Assembly: GCA_964019335.1 (NCBI GenBank)
Contig: OZ025689.1
Location: 62,001 to 126,000, forward strand
DNA: 64,000 nt
Source: Diplonema japonicum
Taxonomy: Eukaryota; Protista; Euglenozoa: Diplonemea
Direction: 5' to 3'
Part shown: piece after piece, positions 48,103-58,916 of the stretch
Position numbering within the stretch: position 1 is the stretch's first letter
Layout: every line of letters begins with the position of its first letter
Notes under the pieces: model-generated
Database searches by the model: none
What the model was told of the DNA's origin: nothing
The model's input: the letters and a program-made list of their open reading frames with translations, nothing else
Translations under genes and position numbers: made by a program

Positions 48103-48651
48103 CTAATCATCGGTGCATGCTGCGATTGCTGTTTCTATGAGGCCCTGGACGAAGCTGGGGAGGTTCAGAGATGCAAGGTCGCCTTCTTGGTCCCAAGAGG
48201 CAGTCCACGATACAAAGCATGAATTGGATGTTGTGGTGGACCTCAGGACCTTCATGGAGGCACGAAAGCCTTTGGTGTGTAAGCTGTTGTTGCTGCTGAG
48301 GGTGTATGTATAAGATTTCTCATTCTGCGTGATGCTGCGACCGACCTGCTTTTCAGTGAGGGAAAGGGTAGTACCCTTCGGGTCTCGTAAAGCGCCAACC
48401 TCCTTCCCATCGCCTGTTATAACAATATCAGGTAAACTGTCGAAGTCAAGCTTTGCAAACAGCTCATCTGCATCAACCTCAGCTGCCATCTGCACGCAGT
48501 ACCCCTCCCCTTCCCCGCCCCCTCCTTCTGTGAGGCATCTCGCCAGAAACGGCTTCGGCTCGGCTGGTTCTTCGTCCACCAATCTGTTGATCAGCCCATC
48601 GATTAACTCCGGTATGCAGTGCTTCTGAAGATAAACAGTTTTCGAATCCAT
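48103..48651 (-). CDS. RIIa/Dpy-30-like docking domain plus SRPBCC/START-like domain
   Basis: YLQKHCIPELIDGLINRLVDEEPAEPKPFL; C-terminal GALR..SYTYTL..ASMKV..VSWTASW pattern. Confidence 0.65.
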   Translation of the reverse strand: MDSKTVYLQKHCIPELIDGLINRLVDEEPAEPKPFLARCLTEGGGGEGEGYCVQMAAEVDADELFAKLDFDSLPDIVITGDGKEVGALRDPKGTTLSLTEKQVGRSITQNEKSYTYTLSSNNSLHTKGFRASMKVLRSTTTSNSCFVSWTASWDQEGDLASLNLPSFVQGLIETAIAACTDD

Positions 48652-49686
48652 TAGCCTGCCGTGCTTGAAAAAAAAAAAAAAAAAAAAAAGGACTTTCTCT
48701 TTTTCTTCTTTTCTTTAAAAAATACTTTTCTTTTGCAACAAAGACTGACGGCAATGCACCATCCCAAACGAGCAGCAAAAAAAAAAAAAAAAAAAAGACC
48801 GCCATAAAGTACATGGGGCGGGGTGGGGGGGTTTGTAGTCATGACGTTATACTTTCATCTCGGGTATCTAAAAAGGGGGACAAAGGTAGAAATTGAGCGC
48901 TAAATCAATGAAGTAATTTTCGTTTAATTTACAACCTGAAGCCAACCTTAACTCGAATGAAAGAAGACAAGTCAAGGGCGGTGCCTAGTAAGCCTGAAGT
49001 CGGGGTATTTTCGTGTGTGAAGGTCAAGCTGAGGAACATTTCTCAGGACTTCTCGGTGCCCCTTTCGTCATCACTTTCTTCGCGAATAGCAAAAGAAAAA
49101 AAAAAACTAAATTGAAGTAAGAACCTTATTGTGTATTTTTGCAAGTGGAAAAGGAATGTTGCTCTCATCTGGAGGCTGTAAGAGTCACAAACTGGGAAGA
49201 GAAAAAAAAAAGAAAAACAATGGGGTAAATGAACTACTGCGGGGGAAAGGGCGTGGTGAAGATTTCATTAAAAGCAAGACTAGCAAAGAAAAGTGCCTCT
49301 CCTCTGGTTCATCAAACTAGCAACAGCGTAGCGAACGCGGCTTTCTTCTTCTTCTTCTTTTTCTTTTTAACCCCCTCTTTGACTTTTCCTTTTTTTTTTT
49401 CTTCGCATAAGAAAAAAAAAAGAAAAAAGAGAAGAAGAAAAAAAAAAAGAAAGCCCGTAAAGGGCCGATTTTTCTAATAATGGTGTATTACTTCTTAACG
49501 TGTAACCGCACACCGACGTTTTTTTTTGAGGTCCGCCGCACCTTGACCAGTAGTGTGGCAGAGTCCCAGAGTTAGATAGGGCTGTGGCCTATTAGAGAAA
49601 GAACCTGACTGCACTTCTCTAATACCCGTCAAGCAAAGTACGGGGGGGAGGGGGGAGCCCGACGGATTTTAGAGAATCTTTTATTT

Positions 49687-50502
49687 TTAACGACCCACTA
49701 AAACTGTCTTCAACATGTAATTAATAGATTGGAGCAAAGGGTGTCTTGGGTCCTCCCAGAGGAGCGAACCCGAGTCGCGTGCCTTCTCGTAAAGAGAAAC
49801 CGCGAGGGAGGGGTCAGCAACAAAAACAGAAGTGCGTGCCACGCGCTCTTGCATCTCAACAGTGACCTCATTGCACGGTGTGTGAGTGGTGTACAAGGAA
49901 AGACCTTGTGTCTGCAACTTGTATGCAGTGTGGAAGTCCTCTTCCTTTCCAGCAGCGCTGAAGCCCATCGCGAAAAACACATAACCTTCAGTAAAGATGC
50001 CCAATGCAGAGTACGAAGGGAAAGGCGCCTCTCGCAGCCTCCTTGCATATTCCAAGAAGGGGTCGAACATATTTCGTATCAACCCTGTTCCTTTCATCAA
50101 GGACCTCGCGCCGTTCCACGCAGCCATCCACAAGCCCAGCCAATGTGTCGATGCGTCTCTTCCTGAGCGTTGGATGGCTTGTTCTGCTGCTGTTTTCGCT
50201 CTGACCCCCCATGCCATAGGGCAGTACATACGGCCCCAGTGCTTTTTGTGGCCCATGACGGCTTCTCGTAGTTTCATGTCGGCAAGTTCCGCGTCGCATT
50301 GCACTCCAACTACCCGCAGAGCGGCACCAATGTCGTCTGCAATTTTGAAATCGTCAATGGTCTTGCAGCATGTGGCCGCACCCATTATGTACCCGCACCA
50401 TGTGGCCTTCTCTTTAACCAGCTCATTGAAGGAGCTGCTCAATAGCCGGTATTGTAATACCTCATATGGCAGTGCGAATTGCAGCACGGTTTGCCATTCC
50501 AT
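49687..50502 (-). CDS. Hypothetical protein, F-box-like N-terminus and helical repeats
   Basis: VLQFALPYEVLQYRLLSSSFNELV...W resembles an F-box; 271-aa ORF. Confidence 0.6.
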   Translation of the reverse strand: MEWQTVLQFALPYEVLQYRLLSSSFNELVKEKATWCGYIMGAATCCKTIDDFKIADDIGAALRVVGVQCDAELADMKLREAVMGHKKHWGRMYCPMAWGVRAKTAAEQAIQRSGRDASTHWLGLWMAAWNGARSLMKGTGLIRNMFDPFLEYARRLREAPFPSYSALGIFTEGYVFFAMGFSAAGKEEDFHTAYKLQTQGLSLYTTHTPCNEVTVEMQERVARTSVFVADPSLAVSLYEKARDSGSLLWEDPRHPLLQSINYMLKTVLVGR

Positions 50503-50662
50503 GCCCCGTCGCTTCCTTTTTGTTCTTGTTTTTTTTTGTTATTGTGTACAAAAAAGAAGAAGAATGGGGGGGGGGCATAAAATAACGGATAATGAACAAA
50601 GTAAAATAAGATGGAAAAAAGAGTGACCGACCCTTTTTTCCCCCCCCCCTTCTTCCTCCCAA

Positions 50663-51128
50663 CTAGTAGTTGTACTTTGTGGAGTAATCTTTTGGGGACG
50701 TGACCAAACCCTTCCCTTTTCTCGCTCCCCTGAACACGGTCTCCACGATGTCGATGAACTCCTGACTCGACCGCAGGGGCCAGTTGATCTTGTTGTTGTT
50801 CCCTGTTCCAAGGTCCACCATTATGTGCTTGTTCCTGTAGAAAAACATCACTGTTACTGTGTCGTAAAGCTCGTACATTTGGTTGAAGTCGGGCACCTGC
50901 GACATTTCTGATTATTATTTCTCGCAGGCATACCTCTGTGATGTCTACCAGATACAAACAAGCCATATTCCGAAGCTTTTCTCCTGTCTTCGCAAGCACC
51001 TCGTCCATAATCATACAGTCCTTGTCCCAGTCGTGACCAAATCGTACGACAACTACCTTTTCCTCCTCTGCGAGTATAGCCTGGTCCACAGCCCAACCAG
51101 AGTGCAGGTGGGGGAGCTTATACGACAT
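50663..51128 (-). CDS. TXNL4A: U5 snRNP protein Dim1 (thioredoxin-like 4A); intron 50897-50933 (37 nt)
   Basis: MSYKLPHLHSGWAVDQAILAEE..RFGHDW..VDITE|VPDFNQMYELYD..DLGTGNNNKINW..SPKDYST, the highly conserved Dim1 sequence. Confidence 0.97.
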
Positions 51129-51230
51129 ATTTTCTTTAAACTTCTTTCCCCACTCGCTGTCGACAAAAGAAAAGTTCAAAAAATGTGCAATCAATAATAA
51201 TAATAAAAAAAAAAAAAACAGAAAACTGAG

Positions 51231-51270
<40 letters not shown>

Positions 51271-51350
51271 GAACAATTACCTAAAAGAGTGTAAATAGGA
51301 GATAAAAGAAGAAAATTACGCTTTTTTTTTTTTTTTTTCCTTTTTTTTTT

Positions 51351-53162
51351 TTAGCTGTCTATTAAGCTTGCTGCGAGGTCCAGCAACTCCTCCCATTCTA
51401 TCAAGGGGGCTTGCAATGTAGACCGCAGAGCACGGGCTCCGAATTCAAACCGCCTGCCTTCCGCGAGCTCCGAGTGGTAGAGTTGCTCGTAACGCTGGTT
51501 GTAGTGGGCGAAGGTCTCGGTGGTGTTCCAGGAAGGGCCGTAGCTGACGCTGCTGTTGGAAGGCGCCCACCGGATGAGATGCAGGTTAGAAGCTTTCGCC
51601 TGTCGTATGTACCAAGCATCAAGGTAACGGAAGTACAACGGGACAATCTCGATGACGGCGCTCCATCGTGGCATGAAGATCATCGGAGCAAGCTCTGTTC
51701 CATGAAACCCCACAAGAAGACTGCACTCCTGCAGAACAGGCAAGACGTCGATCATCTTCATCCAAATGGTGCCGTTCTCCGTCGTTGGGTCCAACGGCAC
51801 CGTCACATTCCAACCCAACACCTTCGCCACGTTGATCAGTTCAGCATGGTTTCCGATCGAACGGGACGTCCCCGGCCTGCGTAGCATCAACGCTAGGTTT
51901 CTCCTTTTCGGCTTTTCCAACGGTGTGAACGACATCTTGTGCACGTTCTGCAACCAGTTATGCATCGGAGCCATAGGTTCCATGCTGTTCTCCTCAGCAC
52001 AGTCGAACACTGCGTTCGTCAGGCACGACTTGTACACTGCATAGATCGATCGCTTCTTTGGCATTATGGCATTCAGCAGGTATCCCAGAGGGCCCACATC
52101 CCACATCTCATTGAACCTCGACATCGCCTTGTCGTCCATGGCCACGACGCGGTACCTTGTTGCGTCTTCTGCTGTTTTTAATGGCACGTATTTGTTGATG
52201 AGAGAGAATATAGGGAAGTAATTGTCGTGGATCCAGTGGCCGATGTTGGACTGCACAAGCTTGAGCTGCAGTCGTCTTCCGAAGAAGAAGGTCAGCGCGC
52301 GTGACGTTGTCTTGCACTTCCCCTTTGTGTCTGCTTGGTTGAACTCGCTCTCTGGCCGCCACACAACACGGAATCCCATCCTCTCCGCCGTCAGGACAGA
52401 ATTGTGCGCGCTCTGCCCGTCGCCGTAAAGCCGCAGCCATGGCGTGGGGAGCGTTTTGTATCTTGTCGAGAGCAGATGCCGCCCAACAGGGTGCTGTAAC
52501 TTCATATCGCCCATCCACCGGTCGGAGTCGTTAGTTGTGTACCTGTGCCTGTCGATGAACACCTTGATGGTCCCCATGTGCGGGTAGCCCACATCCTGGT
52601 TAAGCTTCGTGAGGCGAGGGAAATTGTTGCAGGAGTACCCGCAATACCTGCAGGAACGCCATTCCGGATGACCTGCACACCAGGTGATAGATGGTGACTG
52701 CTGCAGGGTAGGCACCTCCTTCGTGTCGGTGAAGACGTCGAAGTCCCCACCGCTGCAGCCCTGCGCCCTGCGGAAGGTGAATGGGCACTCCGTCATCATG
52801 GTCTTGTTGTACATGCTTGTCGTGTTCCCTGGTTTCACGATGCCGCCTTCGGGCCGTAGCAGCTTCCACGTACACGCCCCTACCTGCTCCAACGGTTCTT
52901 CAATGTCACTACTTGCACTGTGTAAATTTGGTTTCTTGCACGGACTTTGAACCCCAAGCTGTTTTGCAATAGGTGCCATAGTAAGCATGCTAGGTGCATT
53001 TGTAGAACGCACCTTCATTACAGGTTTGTGCGTCTCAACATGAAGTTCATTCCTTACCGTAACACGCGTCTCTTGACCATCGAGAGGACTGGTGCCGAAC
53101 ACAGACCACACAACAAAAATGAAAGCACCGAGTAGCCATATGATATAGCTGATCAGGGGCAT
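51351..53162 (-). CDS. GT61-like glycosyltransferase, type II membrane, apparently intronless
   Basis: N-terminal TM; NIGHWIHDNYFP, RSIGNHAEL, LLVGFHGTELAPMIFMP..AVIEIVP (GT61 pattern). Confidence 0.75.
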   Translation of the reverse strand: MPLISYIIWLLGAFIFVVWSVFGTSPLDGQETRVTVRNELHVETHKPVMKVRSTNAPSMLTMAPIAKQLGVQSPCKKPNLHSASSDIEEPLEQVGACTWKLLRPEGGIVKPGNTTSMYNKTMMTECPFTFRRAQGCSGGDFDVFTDTKEVPTLQQSPSITWCAGHPEWRSCRYCGYSCNNFPRLTKLNQDVGYPHMGTIKVFIDRHRYTTNDSDRWMGDMKLQHPVGRHLLSTRYKTLPTPWLRLYGDGQSAHNSVLTAERMGFRVVWRPESEFNQADTKGKCKTTSRALTFFFGRRLQLKLVQSNIGHWIHDNYFPIFSLINKYVPLKTAEDATRYRVVAMDDKAMSRFNEMWDVGPLGYLLNAIMPKKRSIYAVYKSCLTNAVFDCAEENSMEPMAPMHNWLQNVHKMSFTPLEKPKRRNLALMLRRPGTSRSIGNHAELINVAKVLGWNVTVPLDPTTENGTIWMKMIDVLPVLQECSLLVGFHGTELAPMIFMPRWSAVIEIVPLYFRYLDAWYIRQAKASNLHLIRWAPSNSSVSYGPSWNTTETFAHYNQRYEQLYHSELAEGRRFEFGARALRSTLQAPLIEWEELLDLAASLIDS

Positions 53163-53222
53163 CAGACCTGTGGTGATGAAAGGACTATACGGCAAATAAG
53201 GTAAATACAAATGGAAGATTGT

Positions 53223-56200
53223 TCAAGCAAGGTGCGGGAAATAATCTAAGAGAGAGCTGACCTGTGTCTGGTGCATGTAAGGCAAGCCCTTCAGGCGACC
53301 TACCTGGTGCGGAGCGAGGAGGATAGACGCGGCGAGGTAATGCACGCAAGCGTCACCCCATCTGTCGGTGTAGAAGCCATGTTTGGAGTCCAAGTAACGG
53401 AAGAACGCTTGGTACTCCTCAGAGCGCCCCCATGATAAATCCACGTAGGAGAAGTGCGTCCCATAACAGATCCTGTCCCACTCCCCTGAGGCAAGCAGAT
53501 GCTTGTTCCGTTTGGTGAGCTTCGCGATACCTGCATGCCCGAAGTACTCGGTCACGTTGCCAAGAAGCCCTCGAACGAAAACCTTGTTGTCCCTAAAAGT
53601 CGTTAAGTACCCGTACTGCATGTTACCAAAGGCAGCAAACAAGTCCTGCACCACTGGTGCGTAGATGTAACTATCCGAATCCAGCCTGACCATTGCTGTG
53701 TACCCCTCCAGGGCAGGATGGTTGTACACGTCACCTGAGAAAAACCGACACATATGGCGATAGCCTGTCCCGTAACCCAGCACAGAGGGGGGGTAGTCGG
53801 GAGTCGAGGGCGGGACAGTGAAGGTAACCCTGATATAAGTCGGCCACATGCCCAGGTAGGCACGCTGCGTGGCGTTGAAGCCTTCGTGAAATATGATTAC
53901 GTCGGTCGGGAAGGCAGTCAGGTAGTTCTCGCGAAGCAGGTGGACGCTTGTCGCAAGCTTACGGAACTCATCATCGCTTCCGCAACATAGATACACGATC
54001 ACAGCCTTGCCTGCAGAAGATGGTGTACTTGTGTGCAGCGCGCCTTCGTATGTAACCATCGACAGCGCCCCTGGAGGGTACGCATCAAATACTAAGTCTG
54101 TGGAGGGGCTGTCCCCAACCCCGTTCAAATGCCTTGCCGCTGCTTCTGTATCAAGGTACTTCATAGCACCTGCAAACCTTTCATGCCCTTCAGTCCCAAG
54201 CATAATACCCAGAACCTCTTTCATAGTGCCACCTTCCTGAAGCACTGCTTCCGCAAGCAGCAGGTATGGGTTGTACTTTGTCATGTGCTGTGCATTAGGG
54301 TCAGCAGCAACGGCGGCGTAGCAGTCTTCTAGAGAGCGAGTCTGAGCCGCAAGGTACGCATACGCCTCGGACAAGGAGGGCACGTCGTCGCTAGGTGCCA
54401 GTTGCTTCAGCAGTCTTCGGGATTTCTCCGGCTGCTTGTTGCGAAGAAGGGCGATGGCAAGCTTGTAAGAAGTAGCATCGTCGTCAAGAGTGGAACAGGC
54501 CTTTTGCAGCAGTGTCACTGCCTCCTGGACCCGTCCAAGGTGCAAGAGTGCCTCTGCATGGTCCGTCACTGAAGCCGCGTCTCCCGCCCGTTCGAAGCAC
54601 CCCACACTCTCGCTAACGAGCTCCAAGTCAGCATCAAATCCAGCTTGCAGTTGCATGGTAGCCATGTCGCCCTCGACAGTGGCTGGGATGCTGTGCACAC
54701 CACGCAGCCTGCTGATGTCGCGTACTACCTGCATGCCCTGCTCAACGTCGTGCAGGCGCAGGTACGCCTTCAGCAGATTCGCCTTGCAGTAGAACAGCTC
54801 ACAACACCTTTTGAAGACTGCAACGCTGTCCATATACTTCCCACTTTGAGCCAGCTGCACACCGTACCTGTTGAGGTTGTCGTGGCTGGGGTGCTCTTTC
54901 ACCGCAAGCCGCCAGTATCGCTCTGCCAGGACAGCATCCCCTGTCATGGAGGACACGAGGGCTGCTTGTGTCATGTTGGTCTTCGCGTATATCTCAGCAG
55001 CAGCCTTGTAGCTGCCTTGTGCATAGAGAACACCCGCAACAACGGCATCAGGGGAACCTGCTTGCTGATGGCAGGCCAATGCCTGCTCATACTTCTGCTC
55101 ATCTACGTACGTGTTGGCCAGTTCTGAAAGCTCTTTTCTGCTCATTAGAAAATCTGAGTCCCTGTCGCATCTGGAGTTTCGAGATGTACCACAGCTGCAC
55201 GAACAGAGTAACCTGTGATCGGCACTCCGAGCATCACACGTAGGTATCCCAGCCGCCACCGTTCCACGATGTGTGTGCACGTCAATGCCTAGGAGCGCAC
55301 CACTTCTGCACCCGCGCACCCCTGCACCGAACACGGCGATAAGTTGGTGGCACTGGTTCGCATCAGCCCATTCACTCCCTATTGCGCTGCACGCACATCC
55401 AAGCATATCACACGCCTCCGAGCAAGACTGGTTCACTGCTGTGGGACGCACCCTGGCACGGCCTACGTGGGGAAGATCGGTGTCGAACCACGCACTCGCG
55501 AGGACATGGCTGTGCGGGGCAAGCAGCGCATAAACAGAGGTGGTGGGTATCAGATGAACGACAGTGCCGTGGTGGTGTAAGGTCACAACTCCCTGGAACG
55601 CCCCACGGGGAACGGCGTGCGACATGAGAGGCAACAAGGAGAAGTACTCGGCAACAGGGTGGTACGCCTCTTCCGTGGTAACATTGATGAGGTAAGCTAC
55701 GGAACGGGCGCCGCGCAGATCGTGCAGGTTGGTCCACCACGAGGAAGAGGCAATGCTGCGGTTTAAGTGCAGCACCTCTGTGTCGTAGGGTAAGGGTCTG
55801 TAATCGGCGACATGGGGGGCGGGGAGGCGAGACAGCTTCTGGGCATCGATCATATGTGAAGACGACCCGTTCGTGTTGTCAATGTGACTGACAAGCGGGA
55901 GATGGGGCACAAAGCACGTCAAACGCAACACCTCACGGAGGTGGATGTCCCAGGGAAGGGTCGATGCTGAGTGGACCCAACGGGGGCGGAGCGAGGCCCA
56001 TGTACTCCTAGTAACCATCCACCCCAAACCGGGAAAGGAAGAAGTACGCTCTACACACTGCCTGCCAGAAGTATGAGGGAGGTCGTTCCAGAGGGAAACA
56101 CAGTGTTCTGTAGATGAGCTGAGATATCTCAGTGTTTCAGATAGATAACTAAAATAGTACTCAGAGACAAGTAGGTCGTCCTCCAGGAGGAGGACTGCCT

Positions 56201-56513
56201 CCGCATGGTCTGACATGGCAAAGCTTCTCTCAATGGCGTACTGCACGTGGTAGTTGATTCTCTGAAGCACGGTGGGGAGCTGCGTGTCCTCATGGCGGTG
56301 CACCAGAACTCCCCAACCCTCGGCGACCTCCCCGATTTCCTCTATTCCGCAATTGTGGTTGACTGTTACCTGAACACCTTTAGGTGTGGCCGCAACCAGT
56401 TTCTGCAGTGTCCTGTCCAGTATTCTTACTCTGTTGCATGCAATGACTTCTATGTTGATCCTTGGAATTTCAACGAGGGCGGCTACAGCGAGGCAAAGTG
56501 GTAGTGCCAACAT
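53223..56513 (-). CDS. Fusion: GT13 (GnT-I/POMGnT1-like) + Cys-rich domain + TPR + GT15 (Kre2/Mnt1-like mannosyltransferase), apparently intronless
   Basis: Signal peptide; VIACNR, LLEDDL, CVSLWND, FPGLGWM, WDIHLR (GT13); TPR-like helices; GYRHMCRFFSG, RLDSD, YQAFFRYLD..GFYTDRWGDA (GT15). Confidence 0.85.
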   Translation of the reverse strand: MLALPLCLAVAALVEIPRINIEVIACNRVRILDRTLQKLVAATPKGVQVTVNHNCGIEEIGEVAEGWGVLVHRHEDTQLPTVLQRINYHVQYAIERSFAMSDHAEAVLLLEDDLLVSEYYFSYLSETLRYLSSSTEHCVSLWNDLPHTSGRQCVERTSSFPGLGWMVTRSTWASLRPRWVHSASTLPWDIHLREVLRLTCFVPHLPLVSHIDNTNGSSSHMIDAQKLSRLPAPHVADYRPLPYDTEVLHLNRSIASSSWWTNLHDLRGARSVAYLINVTTEEAYHPVAEYFSLLPLMSHAVPRGAFQGVVTLHHHGTVVHLIPTTSVYALLAPHSHVLASAWFDTDLPHVGRARVRPTAVNQSCSEACDMLGCACSAIGSEWADANQCHQLIAVFGAGVRGCRSGALLGIDVHTHRGTVAAGIPTCDARSADHRLLCSCSCGTSRNSRCDRDSDFLMSRKELSELANTYVDEQKYEQALACHQQAGSPDAVVAGVLYAQGSYKAAAEIYAKTNMTQAALVSSMTGDAVLAERYWRLAVKEHPSHDNLNRYGVQLAQSGKYMDSVAVFKRCCELFYCKANLLKAYLRLHDVEQGMQVVRDISRLRGVHSIPATVEGDMATMQLQAGFDADLELVSESVGCFERAGDAASVTDHAEALLHLGRVQEAVTLLQKACSTLDDDATSYKLAIALLRNKQPEKSRRLLKQLAPSDDVPSLSEAYAYLAAQTRSLEDCYAAVAADPNAQHMTKYNPYLLLAEAVLQEGGTMKEVLGIMLGTEGHERFAGAMKYLDTEAAARHLNGVGDSPSTDLVFDAYPPGALSMVTYEGALHTSTPSSAGKAVIVYLCCGSDDEFRKLATSVHLLRENYLTAFPTDVIIFHEGFNATQRAYLGMWPTYIRVTFTVPPSTPDYPPSVLGYGTGYRHMCRFFSGDVYNHPALEGYTAMVRLDSDSYIYAPVVQDLFAAFGNMQYGYLTTFRDNKVFVRGLLGNVTEYFGHAGIAKLTKRNKHLLASGEWDRICYGTHFSYVDLSWGRSEEYQAFFRYLDSKHGFYTDRWGDACVHYLAASILLAPHQVGRLKGLPYMHQTQVSSLLDYFPHLA

Positions 56514-56932
56514 TTGTGGGGTCCTGTCTTTGAGTTCGATATGGACCACAACAACAACACAGCCCAAAGAAATAAAATGGCGATGTTCCACGTGAGGACC
56601 ACCCTTTTAAAAATAAAAATAAAATAATAAAAAAAAGGAAGAAAAAGAAGAAGAAAAAAAAGGGATAACGTAAGAAATGGGTCGAGTATGGGGAAGAAGA
56701 AAAATGATTTTTAGAAAGTATGTGGTAGGAGTGGGGGAGGAAGAGAGAGAAAGAAGAAGGGGAAAACAAAAAAAAAACATAGGAAAGTGTGAATAGAGGT
56801 GTTGTGACTAGAAAGAAGCACACGGACATGAGCTTCTTTTCATGTAACATTGTATTAAGATTTGGGCGGCGATTTAAGAGGGGGGGGGGGGGGGGGGGGT
56901 GGGGGAAACCCCAAAATACTTTTCTTCCTTTT

Positions 56933-57074
56933 TTTGTTACAAATATTTATCTTTCAAAAAGTGATTTTATAACTATATGCAACTTGTGCCGAGCAAAAAA
57001 AACCTTCGCAGCTTTTTAAAAACCTTTTTTGCTCGTGCGAACAACAAAGACATATAGTCATAAAGAATTATTTT
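56933..57074 (-). mobile_element. ~140-bp foldback (MITE-like) element, family C, copy 2 (inverted)
   Basis: Reverse complement of 29301-29440 with only a few differences. Confidence 0.7.
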
Positions 57075-57991
57075 TTTTTTTCCTTCTTTGGTCAAAGCCT
57101 CGACCGGGAAAGCACAGAGGAAAATGGCCGTTGACGCTTGTAACCCGAAGTTACAGAGCCAACGATAAAAAAAAAAAAAAAAAAAAAAAAAGAAAAGAAA
57201 AAATATGAGTTTTTCTTTTTTCATTCAAGAATGATCGAAGCGTGGAGCTTCCCCCCCCCCCCCCCCCCAGGCAATTTTCTCCTTTTAGAGAATATATACC
57301 ACTAGTACGTACTGTTGATGGGGGAGAAGAAAAGGAGAAGGGAGGGAGATCTAATATGTTGTTTGTTTGTATTTCTTTTCTTCTCATTTTTTTTTCCTTT
57401 TGAGAGATAACTACTACACACTTTGCACACAAGAATGTCATGGGGGGGGTTTTTTTTCTTGTCCACAGTGAACCCCCCCCCATGCACAATGTTTTTTCTC
57501 CCTTTTTTTTCTTTTAACATCACTATATAAATGTTCGCGTCTTGCCCTTTTCTTTTTTAAAAAAAACTCCGAGAACCGATGTTCAGGGGTTTCCTTTGCT
57601 CCGGCCATTCCATTCTTTTTTTTTTTTTTTGATTGGTTGCTCTTTTTTTTTTTTTCCCCCATAACTTATGGAGAGCAAATACAGACCTAAAAAACTCTTC
57701 CTGTGTCTATTCAGAGTATTTAAAAAAAATAAAAATAAAAAAGCTTAGACTCTTGATGACATCATGGACGAATATAAAAAAAAAGATTCTTTTTCTGGTC
57801 TCCAGATCTGCTGCGAACGGATGCGAAAAGTATTTTCTTTTTTTTTAAATATCTTTTACCTTTGCTACAACGAAAAGAAAAAAAATCATTCTCCCCCCTC
57901 CCCTTTTTTTCTTTCTGTTTCTCTTACTGCTTACTGCCGTCCTTTCCCCTGATACGATCAGGGTCTCTAGAATTTAAAAAAAAAATGAGGG

Positions 57992-58026
<35 letters not shown>

Positions 58027-58841
58027 AAATAGAATGGCTCCTCGCCTCGGAAAAGTACCGGGGCGTCACCAACAGTCAAAGAACGAGGAGGAAAGGAAAG
58101 AAGAAAAAAGAATCTTTTTTTTTTTCTCTTTTACCGCCAAAAATAAGCAATAATTCAACTGCCACTGCCGAAAGTCTCTTTTATGAGAAAGAAATCTTCG
58201 AGAAACTTGAGTTAAGAAAATACTATGACGCATATTTGTTTTGGTAATAGTGCTTTTGCGTTGTACCATTCTAAGATGTATCTTTAAAAATGGGACAAAG
58301 CTCAGCCTTTTCTTTTTCTTCTTTCTCCACCCCCCCCCCCCCCCCCCCTAGGGCTATGCTGCTTCTGTCACAAAAAATTAAAATGGCGTTTTAGGGTAGC
58401 CAACTTGCAAATTTCGTCGAAACTCGGCCCAAAAATGGGTTTTTAGGCGACTTTGGGGTGGTTTTTTGCGCCTTTGTGTCACAAATGTGCAAGATTTTTT
58501 TTTTTGGCCTAATTTCGACCTTTGACCCCCCCTACCCCCGCCCCCTGCTCCTCAATTCAATCTCTTTTATTTATCTTCGTTATCTCCCCCTTTTTATTTA
58601 AAAAAGGGAGAAGAAATCGTAGAAAAAAGAAAATAAAGGAACATAACTGCGCCCCACCCATTTGTCTTCACCCCTCTCCTTATAGCCACTAGCCAAAACC
58701 TTGGCAGAGGTATGAGGGAGGGAGAGTGCTTTGTTTTTTTTTTTTTTTTTTTTTCCCCCCTAAAAAAAATTCTAAAAAGGAAAGGGCTAACAACAATGCT
58801 GCAGTTTTTTATCTAGCAACAAGATATTGAGGAAGGATTAA

Positions 58842-58873
<32 letters not shown>

Positions 58874-58875
58874 AA

Positions 58876-58916
58876 CTCGATACAATTTCAGTGTGCATGG
58901 GGGTGCTCACTGTTCA
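58876..58916. repeat. ~42-bp hairpin element, family B, copy 2
   Basis: ctcgatacaatttcagtgtgcatgggggtgctcactgttca, preceded by an A-run as in copy 1. Confidence 0.85.

Noticed and set aside
16183-50933. Programmed frameshifts, pseudogenes or an alternative genetic code to explain broken ORFs
   Set aside because: Each break examined is resolved by a short GT-AG intron, and TAA, TAG and TGA all serve as terminal stops.
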